Positions 1-9,058 of a stretch of 64,000 nt of DNA are shown in pieces; position 1 is the stretch's first letter, and each line of letters opens with the position of its first letter. This DNA comes from an uncultured Erysipelotrichaceae bacterium. Its GTDB lineage: Bacteria > Bacillota_I > Bacilli_A > RF39 > UBA660. The notes beneath the pieces are model-generated. The model saw only the letters and a list, made by a program, of their open reading frames with translations, did no database searches and was not told the DNA's origin. The stretch covers positions 157,807 to 221,806 of the forward strand of contig CADBDE010000001.1 in the NCBI GenBank assembly GCA_902793375.1, written 5' to 3'. A program made the position numbers and the translations under genes.

Positions 1-981
1 AAAGAAAAAAGAAATGATTATTTAAGTGCTAATGCTGATTATAATATTAATTTTAATTGTAGTAATAGTATGATTTTATTTGTGTTTGAACTTCTTAGAT
101 TAATGGCTGTATTATTTATTGGATTAAAAGCAATGAATGGTCATGCTGATGTTGGTGTTTTATTAGTAATATATAATTATTATCAAAAAATAATTGATAA
201 TTTCTTGATTGTTTTAACTTTAAATGTAGAATATAGAAATATGCATGTTTCTCTAGATAGATATAATCACATAAGAGAATATACAAATTCAACTGATAAA
301 AAAGTATCTATAAATAAAGAAAATGTTAAGGGAAATATTGAATTTAGAAATATTTTATATGGATTTAGAGACAATCCTACTTTAGATAATATTAGTTTTA
401 GTGTTCCTAAAAATTCAATAACTGTACTAACAGGAGGAAGCGAAACTGCCCAAACTGGAATTTTTGATTTATTATTAAGATTAAATAGACAACATGAAGG
501 TGATATATTACTAGATGGAGTGAAAGTTGGAGAAATAAATGATAAGAGTTATTATTCCATTATTTCATCCGTAAGACGTCAAACAATGTTTTTTGATATT
601 TCTATTAAAGATAATTTTACTATGATAAATGAAGACTTTAATAAAGTTGTTGAAGTATGTAAGTTAGTTGGTTTAGATGAAGAAATAATGAAACTTGATA
701 ATGGATATGATACAATAGTTGATGAAAACACACCTTTAACTATGTCATCAAAAAAACTATTAGTAATTGTAAGAATGCTTTTAAGTGAAAGCAAAGTATT
801 ATTGATTGATGATGTAATAAATGTTCTTGATGAAAAGCATGAAAAAAGACTTATGGATTTATTAATGGATATGAAAAAGAATCATACAATTTTAATTGTT
901 ACACATTCAAAAAGAATTATATCAAGAGCAGATAAAGTGTTAGAAATAACTAATAATAATGTAGTTGAATTAGGGAAGTGA
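1..981 (+). CDS. ABC transporter ATP-binding domain, C-terminal part (5' partial; frame open from nt 1). The NBD is degenerate: Walker A is 'VLTGGSETAQTG' with no Lys, the signature is 'MSSKKLLVIV', Walker B is 'LLIDDVINVLD', and the H-loop His is retained ('IVTHS').
   Basis: Translation shows an ABC NBD fold with ordered Walker A / signature / Walker B / H-loop positions; no stop codons between nt 1 and 69 in the same frame. Confidence 0.75.
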   Translation, partial: KEKRNDYLSANADYNINFNCSNSMILFVFELLRLMAVLFIGLKAMNGHADVGVLLVIYNYYQKIIDNFLIVLTLNVEYRNMHVSLDRYNHIREYTNSTDKKVSINKENVKGNIEFRNILYGFRDNPTLDNISFSVPKNSITVLTGGSETAQTGIFDLLLRLNRQHEGDILLDGVKVGEINDKSYYSIISSVRRQTMFFDISIKDNFTMINEDFNKVVEVCKLVGLDEEIMKLDNGYDTIVDENTPLTMSSKKLLVIVRMLLSESKVLLIDDVINVLDEKHEKRLMDLLMDMKKNHTILIVTHSKRIISRADKVLEITNNNVVELGK

Positions 982-985
982 TATT

Positions 986-1369
986 ATTAATAATAAAGAT
1001 GTAAATGTTTTAGTACTTGCATATTTAGGTGATAATGTTTATGAATATTATGTTAGAAGATTTTTAATTAATAAAAAAATATCAAATGTAAATGAATTAC
1101 AAAAAACTGCAGTGAATTATGTTAGTGCTAAAAATCAAGCTAGATTTTTAGAAGAATTAATGAATGAAGATTTTTTTGATGAGGAAGAAATATCAATAAT
1201 AAAAAGGGCAAGAAACCACAAAGGTGTGTCACATCCTAAAAATTGTGATATAGTAACATATAAACACGCAACTGCTCTTGAGGCATTAATTGGATATTTA
1301 AAACTTGAAAAAAGAAACGATAGAATAGAAATTATTATGAATAGAATACTAGGAGGTAGTATATGTTAG
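986..1369 (+). CDS. mrnC: Mini-ribonuclease 3 (Mini-III, YazC family). The 5' end is uncertain: the frame is open only from nt 974 (stop at 971-973) and has no ATG/GTG/TTG before the conserved 'LAYLGD' motif, so an ATT start at 983 or 986 is proposed.
   Basis: Translation DIINNKDVNVLVLAYLGDNVYEYYVRRF...VSAKNQARFLEE...ALEALIGYL matches Mini-III end to end; AGGGAAG Shine-Dalgarno at 972-978; stop TAG 1367-1369 overlaps the rlmB ATG. Confidence 0.7.
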   Translation: MNNKDVNVLVLAYLGDNVYEYYVRRFLINKKISNVNELQKTAVNYVSAKNQARFLEELMNEDFFDEEEISIIKRARNHKGVSHPKNCDIVTYKHATALEALIGYLKLEKRNDRIEIIMNRILGGSIC

Positions 1370-2061
1370 TATATGGAAGAAATGTAGCGAAAGAAGTATT
1401 ACAAAATCCAAAAAAAGTTAAGAAAATATTTTTAATGAAAGATTTTAAAGAAAAAGATATTATTTCTTTAATAGAAAAAAATAAAATCAAAGTAGAATAT
1501 TTGGATAAAAAAGAATTTTCTAAGTTTGATAAATTTTCTCATCAGGGTATAATTCTAGACATAGCGGATTTTATTTATACTGATTATGAAAATTTTTTAT
1601 CAGTAGATAATGCTAAAATAGTTATATTAGATCATTTAGAAGATCCACATAATTTAGGAGCTATTATAAGAACTTGTGAAGCGGCTGGTATTCTAGGAAT
1701 AATTATTCCTAAAGATAGAAGTGTTGATATTAATTCAACAGTAATGAAAACAAGTGCGGGAGCTCTTGAAAATGTTAAAATTGCTAAAGTAACTAATTTA
1801 GTTAGTGTAATAAATGATTTGAAAGAAAATGGTTATTGGATAGTAGGTACTTCTCTTGATGGAAATTTAGATTATAGAGATATTGACTATACTGGTAAAA
1901 TTGCACTAGTAATTGGTAATGAAGGAAATGGAATGAGTAAAGCTGTAGAAAATTCCTGTGATTATTTAACTAAAATCCCTATGTATGGAAAAATAAATAG
2001 TCTAAACGCATCAGTAGCAGCGGGAATAATGATTTACGAGATGATTAGTTTAGACAAATAG
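1363..2061 (+). CDS. rlmB: 23S rRNA (guanosine-2'-O)-methyltransferase RlmB (SpoU/TrmH family)
   Basis: 232 aa with SpoU methylase motifs (LDHLEDPHNLGAIIRTCEAAG, GNEGNGMS, SLNASVAAGI); conserved mrnC-rlmB-sigH order; AGGAGG RBS. Confidence 0.85.
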   Translation: MLVYGRNVAKEVLQNPKKVKKIFLMKDFKEKDIISLIEKNKIKVEYLDKKEFSKFDKFSHQGIILDIADFIYTDYENFLSVDNAKIVILDHLEDPHNLGAIIRTCEAAGILGIIIPKDRSVDINSTVMKTSAGALENVKIAKVTNLVSVINDLKENGYWIVGTSLDGNLDYRDIDYTGKIALVIGNEGNGMSKAVENSCDYLTKIPMYGKINSLNASVAAGIMIYEMISLDK

Positions 2062-2071
2062 GAGGATTTAT

Positions 2072-2671
2072 TTGGACTATAAAGGACTAAACGATTTTGA
2101 ATTAATCTATCAGGTAAGAGAAAATGATGAAGTAGCATATGGTGCATTGATAGATAAGTATTCTCATCTAGTTACTATGCTTGCTAAAAAGTATTTAAAA
2201 AAGAATAATAATATTGGCTTGGAATTTGATGATTTATATCAAGAAGGAATGATGGGAGTAATAAAAGCACTTGATGATTATAATGCTAATGATACAATTT
2301 TCTATACTTATGCATCACTATGTGCAAAAAGAGAAATGGATAAAATAATTAAAATTCACAAGAGAAAAAAGATGTCACCTTTGAATAATTCTATTTCACT
2401 AAATTACTGTATTGAAGGAAAAACAAATTGCTCAATAGAAGATTTAATACCATCAAAGTTTGATTTAGAACAAGAATTCGAATATGAGGAAACATTTAAT
2501 AAACTAATGAATGCTAAGTATAGTTTAGATTTAACTGATTCTTCAATATTTGAATTGAAAATGAATGGATTTTCTACTAGAGAAATAGCAAATCTATTAG
2601 AACTTACATATAAATCAGTTGACTATAGAATGCGTAAAATTAGAAAAAAATTAATTAATTGTACTACTTAG
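2072..2671 (+). CDS. sigH: RNA polymerase sigma-H-like factor; apparent TTG start 6 nt after a GGAGG RBS
   Basis: Sigma-70 region 2 (DDLYQEGMMGVIKAL) and region 4 HTH (FSTREIANLLELTYKSVDYRMRKIRKKL); sits where sigH does in the Bacillus yazC-yacO-(yacP)-sigH order. Confidence 0.8.
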   Translation: MDYKGLNDFELIYQVRENDEVAYGALIDKYSHLVTMLAKKYLKKNNNIGLEFDDLYQEGMMGVIKALDDYNANDTIFYTYASLCAKREMDKIIKIHKRKKMSPLNNSISLNYCIEGKTNCSIEDLIPSKFDLEQEFEYEETFNKLMNAKYSLDLTDSSIFELKMNGFSTREIANLLELTYKSVDYRMRKIRKKLINCTT

Positions 2672-2708
2672 TAATAAATATTATGATAAAATTATTATAG
2701 GTGGTAAT

Positions 2709-3344
2709 ATGGAAACTTTAAAAGATTCTTTGTTATATGAACAAGATTTAGATCTTGTACCAGAAATGTTTGAGAAGATGTTTAGAGAATTAAAAATTAT
2801 TCATTCAAATGGGATGATTGTCCCAAATATTAATAGTGAAGAAATTGTATTTGGTGGATCTATGCTGTTTAAAACGATAAAACAACCAACTAACTTTGAT
2901 GAACAAAAAAGAAAGAATATTCTTTCACTATCTAAAATAATGATAGGTACATATTTATCATTAGAAACAGGATTTAGAGATTTTTCAGCCGTTGATGATA
3001 AATGGTTTATAGATAATTTTGAAACTATTTTTAATACTATGAATTATAAAGACTTTGATAAAGAATATTTTGAATCAGTTTTTTTAGATGGAAAAAATTA
3101 TTATTATTCAGATTATTTAGATAGAAAGAGACAAGGTGAATCATTACAAGGAAACAGTAATATTCAAGGATATAAAAAAGTGTTAAGAACAGCTGGTAGT
3201 AGTTTGTATGAAGATTTAAGTGATGAAGAAATAACAGTTAAAGAAAAAAATGCTAATTTACAAACTGCTTTTAATCCACTATTAATTGGTATTTCAGTTG
3301 CATTAATAACTGTACTTACAATAATGCTTATTTTAGTTAATTAG
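2709..3344 (+). CDS. hypothetical protein, 211 aa, with a single C-terminal transmembrane anchor (LLIGISVALITVLTIMLILVN)
   Basis: ORF with RBS GGTGGTAATATG; hairpin terminator follows; no recognisable domain. Confidence 0.55.
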   Translation: METLKDSLLYEQDLDLVPEMFEKMFRELKIIHSNGMIVPNINSEEIVFGGSMLFKTIKQPTNFDEQKRKNILSLSKIMIGTYLSLETGFRDFSAVDDKWFIDNFETIFNTMNYKDFDKEYFESVFLDGKNYYYSDYLDRKRQGESLQGNSNIQGYKKVLRTAGSSLYEDLSDEEITVKEKNANLQTAFNPLLIGISVALITVLTIMLILVN

Positions 3345-3368
3345 ACCACTATTATTAGTGGTTTTGTT
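3345..3368 (+). terminator. Rho-independent terminator (accacta-loop-tagtggt followed by tttgtt)
   Basis: Inverted repeat gaccactattattagtggttttgtt immediately after the stop at 3344. Confidence 0.55.
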
Positions 3369-3394
3369 ATATAATAGAGAAAGAGGTGATTAAT

Positions 3395-4318
3395 ATGTCA
3401 TTTACAACTATAGTAAAAAATGAAATAACAAATATAGAATCATCAAATACAGAAAAAATAGCTGAATTATCTGCTTTTGTAAGAAGTAATATAAAATATA
3501 TTAATCACACTATTGAATTATCTTCAGAAAATGCTAAAGTAGCTAAAAGAATATATTTATTATTTAAAACTTTATATGGAATAGATGTATCTATTGAACA
3601 AAAAAAACTAGCAAATTTTAGTAAGAAAAAGATTTTTATAATTACAATTGATAATAAAGTTGATGATATATTATTTGATTTATCTGTTCTTTCTTCAGAT
3701 GGAGAGTTTATTGATAGTCCAAAGGATTATATTTTAGATTCTATTGAAGATAAAAGAGCCTACTTAAGGGGTACTTTTTTATCAAAAGGGAGTATTAATG
3801 ACCCTAAAACAAGTCAGTATCATTTAGAGTTTGGATTTGACAATAAACATGAATCTGTATTTGTTCAAAGAATATTAAATGAGTTTGATATGAATTCAAA
3901 AATAATAACTAGAGAATCAAAGTATATGGTTTATATAAAAGAAGCTGAAAGAATAAGTGATTTTTTGAAGATAATTGGGGCTTATCAAGCGGTTTTGTAT
4001 TATGAGAATATAAGAATTTATAAGGAACAAAAGAATAATACAAATAGACTAAACAATTGTGAACAAGCAAATATGGATAAAATTATAGAAACATGTAATA
4101 ATCAATTAAAAGATATTGAACTAATTGAAGAAAAAATGGGATTAGATTTATTAGATGAAAAAACTAAAGAGGCATGTTTATATAGAAAAAAATATCCTGA
4201 GACATCATTATCAGAATTAAGTAAAATAATATCTATGGAGACAAATACAAATATAACAAAGTCTGGATTAAATCATAGGTTTAGAAAAATAAAAGAGATT
4301 GCAAATAGAATAAAATAG
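3395..4318 (+). CDS. whiA: Sporulation/cell-division transcription regulator WhiA
   Basis: MSFTTIVKNEI N-terminus, LAGLIDADG-like repeats and C-terminal HTH (SLSELSKII...TKSGLNHRFRKI); AGAGGTGA RBS 5 nt upstream of the ATG at 3395. Confidence 0.9.
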   Translation: MSFTTIVKNEITNIESSNTEKIAELSAFVRSNIKYINHTIELSSENAKVAKRIYLLFKTLYGIDVSIEQKKLANFSKKKIFIITIDNKVDDILFDLSVLSSDGEFIDSPKDYILDSIEDKRAYLRGTFLSKGSINDPKTSQYHLEFGFDNKHESVFVQRILNEFDMNSKIITRESKYMVYIKEAERISDFLKIIGAYQAVLYYENIRIYKEQKNNTNRLNNCEQANMDKIIETCNNQLKDIELIEEKMGLDLLDEKTKEACLYRKKYPETSLSELSKIISMETNTNITKSGLNHRFRKIKEIANRIK

Positions 4319-4337
4319 TTAAAGTAAATTAAAAAAT

Positions 4338-4368
4338 AAAGAAACTTATTATTAAGTTTCTTTTTTCT
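4338..4368. terminator. Bidirectional Rho-independent terminator shared by the convergent whiA and clpP
   Basis: aaagaaactta-ttat-taagtttcttt with flanking A/T runs; overlaps the clpP stop codon. Confidence 0.7.
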
Positions 4369-4936
4369 TTATAGTTTTATCTACTATTCCATATTCTTTA
4401 GCTTGTTTAGCATCCATGTAAAAATCTCTATCTGTATCCTTTTCAATTGTACTTAATTTTTGATTTGTTTTACTTGCTATTATTTTATTAAGTTTATTTT
4501 TTATTTTTTGAATATGTTCAGATACAATCATTATTTCGCTAGCTTGCCCTTTTACCCCTCCAAGAGGTTGATGAATCATTATTTCACTATTTTCGAGGGC
4601 AATTCTTTTTCCTTTTGCACCAGATAATAAAATAAATGCCCCCATTGATGCTGCTAGACCAACACAAATTGTAGATACTTCACTTTTAATATAATTCATT
4701 GTGTCATATATAGCTAAACCTGATGATACTTCGCCACCAGGACTATTAATATATAAATAAATATCTTCATGATTTATAGAATCAAGATAAAGCATTTGTG
4801 CGATAGTGCTATTAGCTAAATTATCATCTATTTCACCACTAATAAAGATTATTCTGTCTTTTAGCAATCTTGAAAAAATATCATAGCTTCTTTCTCCATT
4901 TATCTCTTTATCTACAACTATTGGAATCAAATTCAT
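4352..4936 (-). CDS. clpP: ATP-dependent Clp protease proteolytic subunit ClpP
   Basis: [12 protein letters not shown]-terminus and the catalytic triad context ([19 protein letters not shown]); the ORF track's start at 4945 is trimmed to the conserved N-terminus. Confidence 0.95.
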   Translation of the reverse strand: MNLIPIVVDKEINGERSYDIFSRLLKDRIIFISGEIDDNLANSTIAQMLYLDSINHEDIYLYINSPGGEVSSGLAIYDTMNYIKSEVSTICVGLAASMGAFILLSGAKGKRIALENSEIMIHQPLGGVKGQASEIMIVSEHIQKIKNKLNKIIASKTNQKLSTIEKDTDRDFYMDAKQAKEYGIVDKTIKKKET

Positions 4937-5042
4937 CAGTATCACCTATAATTATATTAGTTTGATTTTTTTAATAATATACATAAATTTGTTTTATTAT
5001 TTAAAAATTTATGATAAAATCAAATAAGAATAGAGGGATTAT

Positions 5043-6695
5043 ATGATTGGCGAAATAGAAGTAAAAGTAATGGGAGAAACAAAAAAAATCCCAATTGGCA
5101 GTACTTATCAAGAACTTTCTGGAGAATATGTTGATTTATTTAAATTTCCAATTATATTTGCAAAAGTAGGGAATTCTTATAAAGAACTAAGTGAAAATGT
5201 TCAAAATAAAGAAGAAGTTGAATTTGTGGACTTAAAAGATTTTATCGCTAACAAAGCTTATGTAAATGGTTTAATACATTTAATTTCATATGCATCTGAA
5301 AGAACATTTGGACCTTATTCTAAAATATATGTTATGCATTCAATAGATAAGGGGTTGTATATAACAACAAATTATGAATTAACATCTAAGCGATTAGATC
5401 AATTAAAAGAAAAAATGATGGATTTAGTTGAACAAAATATTAGCATAACAAAATGTCGTGTTTTAAGAGAAGAAGCAATAGAATATTATAAAAATAAGAA
5501 AGATTTTTCAAAAGTAAATTTATTAAAATATAATACTCATAGACATGTTACATTGTATAAAATGGGTAATAATTATGACTATTTTTTTGGGCTTATGCCA
5601 TCTTCAACTAGTGTTTTTAAATCATTTGATTTACATTATTTAAATAATAAAGGTTTTGTATTATTATTTCCAACAGTATATAAAGATGAAATAAAACCTT
5701 ATGAACATCATCCAATGATATTTGATATGTTTAGTGAATATAATAAATGGGCAAAAATAATGAAAATAGGAAGAGTTCCAGATTTAAATAAATTTGTATC
5801 AAATGGAAGAGCAGATGACATAATAAGAATAGAGGAGGTCTTACAAAGTAACAGATTGTTAATGTTGGCTAGAGATATTGTTATGAATAGAAAAGAAACA
5901 AAAGTTATTTTAATGGCTGGGCCTTCTTCATCTGGAAAAACAACAACTTGTAAAAAGTTTTCAATGTATTTAAGAGCTTTTGGTTTAGAACCAAGAGAGT
6001 TATCTATGGATGATTATTTTTTTAATAGAGAAAATACTCCAAAAGATGCAAATGGTGAATATGACTTTGAATGTTTAGAAGCAGTAGATGTAAAATCTTT
6101 TGATAAAGATGTTAAAGATTTAATAAGTGGAAAAGGAGTTAAGTTACCAACATTTAATTTTATTACAGGTGAAAGAGTTTCTGGAACAGAGGAAACCTTC
6201 CTTGGAGAAAATGAAGTATTGATAATTGAGGGAATTCATGCTTTAAGTGATAAAATATTAACATCAATTGATAAAAAGAAAAAATTTAGAATATATTTAG
6301 CACCACTTGCTGTGCTTACTGTTGATTCTCATAATAGAATACCAACAACAGATATAAGATTATTAAGAAGAATAGTTAGAGACAATAGAACTAGAGGATA
6401 TAATGCAGAAAATACACTTAGTATGTGGAGAAAAGTTAGATTAGGAGAAGAAAAACACATTTTCCCTAATCAAGATTCTGCAGATGCTATAATTAATACT
6501 ACAATGATATATGAGCTTGGTGTATTAAAAGCATATGCGGAACCACTATTATTTTCTGTTCCAAGTGATAGTCCAAATTACAAGTATGCAACTAGATTAA
6601 TTAATATGTTAAAACCTTTTTTACCAATAACATCGGATGCAATACCTGATGACTCTATATTAAGAGAATTTATTGGTGGAAGTTGTTATAAATAA
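5043..6695 (+). CDS. Uridine-kinase-family nucleoside kinase with an N-terminal ThrRS/TGS-like domain (P-loop MAGPSSSGKTT)
   Basis: 550 aa; a Udk/PRK-like core (GPSSSGKTT, IIEGIHAL, RDNRTRGY) preceded by a ~280 aa N-terminal domain. Confidence 0.6.
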   Translation: MIGEIEVKVMGETKKIPIGSTYQELSGEYVDLFKFPIIFAKVGNSYKELSENVQNKEEVEFVDLKDFIANKAYVNGLIHLISYASERTFGPYSKIYVMHSIDKGLYITTNYELTSKRLDQLKEKMMDLVEQNISITKCRVLREEAIEYYKNKKDFSKVNLLKYNTHRHVTLYKMGNNYDYFFGLMPSSTSVFKSFDLHYLNNKGFVLLFPTVYKDEIKPYEHHPMIFDMFSEYNKWAKIMKIGRVPDLNKFVSNGRADDIIRIEEVLQSNRLLMLARDIVMNRKETKVILMAGPSSSGKTTTCKKFSMYLRAFGLEPRELSMDDYFFNRENTPKDANGEYDFECLEAVDVKSFDKDVKDLISGKGVKLPTFNFITGERVSGTEETFLGENEVLIIEGIHALSDKILTSIDKKKKFRIYLAPLAVLTVDSHNRIPTTDIRLLRRIVRDNRTRGYNAENTLSMWRKVRLGEEKHIFPNQDSADAIINTTMIYELGVLKAYAEPLLFSVPSDSPNYKYATRLINMLKPFLPITSDAIPDDSILREFIGGSCYK

Positions 6696-6714
6696 AAGAA
6701 AAGAGGATGATAAA

Positions 6715-7719
6715 ATGGTAAAAGTAGCAATTAATGGTTTTGGAAGAATAGGAAGACTAGTATTTAGAATGATGGAAGAAGATCCTGAATTTGAAATAGT
6801 AGCAATTAACGATTTAACAGATGCAGAGCAACTAGCATATTTATTAAAATATGATACAAATCATAGAAACTATAAATTAGATGAGATTAGTTTCAATGAA
6901 AATAAAATAGTTGTATCTGGGAAAGAAATTCCTGTATACGCAGAAAAAGATCCTTCTTTACTTCCATGGGGAAGTTTGGATGTAGATGTAGTATTTGAGT
7001 GTACTGGAGCATTTACAAGTTTAGAAAAAGCAAGCGCTCATATTACTGCAGGAGCTAAGAAAGTAATTATTTCAGCACCAGCTAAGGGAGAATTAAAAAC
7101 AATAGTTTATAATGTTAACCATGATACATTAGATGGAACAGAACAAGTTATTTCGGCTGCATCTTGTACTACAAACTGCTTAGCACCAGTATTAAATGCT
7201 ATTGAAAAAGAGTTTGGTGTAGAAAAAGGATACATGACAACAGTTCATGCTTATACTAATGACCAAGCAACTCTAGATATTGCACATAAAAAAGGAATAC
7301 TAGCAAGACGTGGAAGAGCATGCGCAGCAAATATCGTTCCAGCTTCAACAGGAGCAGCTAGTGCAATTGGAGAAGTATTACCTAGCTTAAAAGGAAGACT
7401 TGATGGAAATGCAATGAGAGTACCAGTACCAACTGGATCTGTAATTGATTTAACTTTAGAGTTAAAGAAAAATACAACTGCTGAAGAATTGAATGAAGTA
7501 TTTAAGAAATATCAAAACGAAACACTTAAATTCACTATGGATCCAATTGTTTCAAGTGATGTAATTGGTTCTCACTTTGGAGCAGTAGTTGATGGATTAT
7601 CAACAAAAGTTTTAGATGTTGATGGAAAACAACTTGTTAAAGTAGTAGCATGGTATGATAACGAAATGGGTTATTCAACTCAAATGGTTAGAACTGCTAA
7701 ATACTTAATGACAAAATAA
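6715..7719 (+). CDS. gap: Glyceraldehyde-3-phosphate dehydrogenase (type I)
   Basis: MVKVAINGFGRIGR and the ASCTTNCLAP active site; AAGAGGATGA RBS; the ORF-track start at 6673 is an in-frame upstream extension. Confidence 0.95.
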   Translation: MVKVAINGFGRIGRLVFRMMEEDPEFEIVAINDLTDAEQLAYLLKYDTNHRNYKLDEISFNENKIVVSGKEIPVYAEKDPSLLPWGSLDVDVVFECTGAFTSLEKASAHITAGAKKVIISAPAKGELKTIVYNVNHDTLDGTEQVISAASCTTNCLAPVLNAIEKEFGVEKGYMTTVHAYTNDQATLDIAHKKGILARRGRACAANIVPASTGAASAIGEVLPSLKGRLDGNAMRVPVPTGSVIDLTLELKKNTTAEELNEVFKKYQNETLKFTMDPIVSSDVIGSHFGAVVDGLSTKVLDVDGKQLVKVVAWYDNEMGYSTQMVRTAKYLMTK

Positions 7720-7723
7720 AATG

Positions 7724-7752
7724 AAAAGCCATAAATAAATATGGCTTTTTTA
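7724..7752 (+). terminator. Rho-independent terminator after gap
   Basis: gccata-aataa-tatggc stem-loop followed by tttttt; a partial second copy of the arm follows at ~7760-7778. Confidence 0.8.
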
Positions 7753-7826
7753 TTGTATAAATAAATATGGCTTTATTATATACAACGTATCATTTAAAAA
7801 CTAATAAAAAATGATTTTTATATTCA

Positions 7827-7856
7827 TTGCAAATTACACTAAATATGAGGTATAAT
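7827..7856 (+). promoter_or_regulatory. Sigma-A-type promoter for pgk (TTGCAA, 18 nt spacer, TATAAT)
   Basis: ttgcaaattacactaaatatgaggtataat located 20 nt upstream of the pgk RBS. Confidence 0.5.
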
Positions 7857-7876
7857 ATAAAATGTAGGTGATAGTA

Positions 7877-9058
7877 ATGAAGAAAACAATTAGAGATTAT
7901 GATTTAAATAATAAAAAAGTAATAATTAGATGTGATTTTAATGTACCAATAAAAGACGGTAAGATTACTGATGATAACAGAATAGTTCAAAGCTTAACTA
8001 CTATTAAATATGCTTTAGATAATGGAGCTAAGTTAATTCTTATGTCTCATTTAGGAAGAATAAAAGAAGAAGAAGATAAAGCAAAGAATAGTTTAATTCT
8101 TGTTGCTAATAGATTAAGTGAATTACTAGGACAACCTGTAAAATTTTCTCATTCAACAAGAGGAGAAGAATTAGAAAATCTTGTTAATTCATTAAATCCT
8201 GGAGAAGTATTATTAATGGAGAATACTCGTTTTGAAGATGTTCCAGGAAAGAAAGAAAGTGGAAATGATCCTGAACTTGGTGCTTATTGGGCATCTTTAG
8301 GAGATGTATTTATAAATGATGCTTTTGGAACATGCCATAGAGCACATGCTTCAAATGTTGGAATTGCAAGCAATTTACCAAGTGGACTTGGATTCTTAGT
8401 TGAAAAAGAAGTTAATGCTTTATCAGTACTTGTTGATCCATCTCATCCATTTGTAGTAATACTTGGTGGAAGTAAAGTATCTGATAAAATTGGAGTAATA
8501 GAAAACTTAGTTAAGAAAGCTGATAAGATTATTATTGGTGGAGGAATGGCTTATACATTCTTAAAAGCAAAAGGAATTAATATTGGTAAGTCAATATTAG
8601 ATGAAGAAAATATTGAATTTTGTAAGGGAATACTTGCAAATTATCCAGAAAAAATTGTATTACCTGTAGATAATCTTGTTACAAAAGAGTTTTCTAATGA
8701 TGTAGAATCGACTATTAAAGATGTTGATAACATGGGAGAAGATGAAATGGGTATGGATATAGGCCCTAAATCAATTGAATTATTCTCTAATGTTTTAGAT
8801 AGTGCTAAGATAGTATTTTGGAATGGACCTTTAGGAGTTTATGAAATGTCTAAATTTACTAATGGTACTGAAAAAGTTCTTGAAAAACTAGTTAGTACTC
8901 AAGCTACTACTATATTAGGTGGTGGAGATATAGTTGCTGCTGCAACAAATTTAGGTTATAAAGAAAAAGTAACACATGCCTCAACTGGAGGAGGAGTTAC
9001 ATTAGAGTTTATGGAAGGAAAAGAATTACCAGGTGTAGTTTCAGTTAATGATAAATAA
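7877..9058 (+). CDS. pgk: Phosphoglycerate kinase
   Basis: Motifs IIRCDFNVP, MSHLGR and GGGDIVAA; AGGTGA RBS. Confidence 0.95.
   Translation: MKKTIRDYDLNNKKVIIRCDFNVPIKDGKITDDNRIVQSLTTIKYALDNGAKLILMSHLGRIKEEEDKAKNSLILVANRLSELLGQPVKFSHSTRGEELENLVNSLNPGEVLLMENTRFEDVPGKKESGNDPELGAYWASLGDVFINDAFGTCHRAHASNVGIASNLPSGLGFLVEKEVNALSVLVDPSHPFVVILGGSKVSDKIGVIENLVKKADKIIIGGGMAYTFLKAKGINIGKSILDEENIEFCKGILANYPEKIVLPVDNLVTKEFSNDVESTIKDVDNMGEDEMGMDIGPKSIELFSNVLDSAKIVFWNGPLGVYEMSKFTNGTEKVLEKLVSTQATTILGGGDIVAAATNLGYKEKVTHASTGGGVTLEFMEGKELPGVVSVNDK

Noticed and set aside
579-794. Short opposite-strand or overlapping ORFs listed in the six-frame track, all embedded in larger well-supported genes: 579-794(-), 10931-11131(-), 12622-12879(-), 13873-14142(-), 15383-15583(-), 16014-16256(-), 17278-17580(-), 19613-19881(-), 25690-25890(-), 27325-27516(-), 29244-29615(-), 32997-33372(-), 35176-35358(-), 36585-36929(-), 38246-38485(-), 38654-38860(-), 41447-41713(-), 42668-43084(-), 43914-44183(-), 47021-47242(-), 48262-49106(-), 49303-49506(-), 49816-50052(-), 52197-52469(-), 54707-54889(-), 55104-55307(-), 58823-59020(-), 62355-62591(-), 63185-63442(+)
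   Set aside because: They lie antisense within strongly supported conserved genes, have low-complexity translations typical of AT-rich antisense frames, and lack RBSs; treated as spurious.
7727-7778. Direct repeat of 'ataaataaatatggcttt', two copies about 33 nt apart
   Set aside because: The first copy is the right arm of the gap terminator hairpin. The second is a partial duplication lacking the left arm, too short and isolated to be a CRISPR-like or regulatory repeat array.
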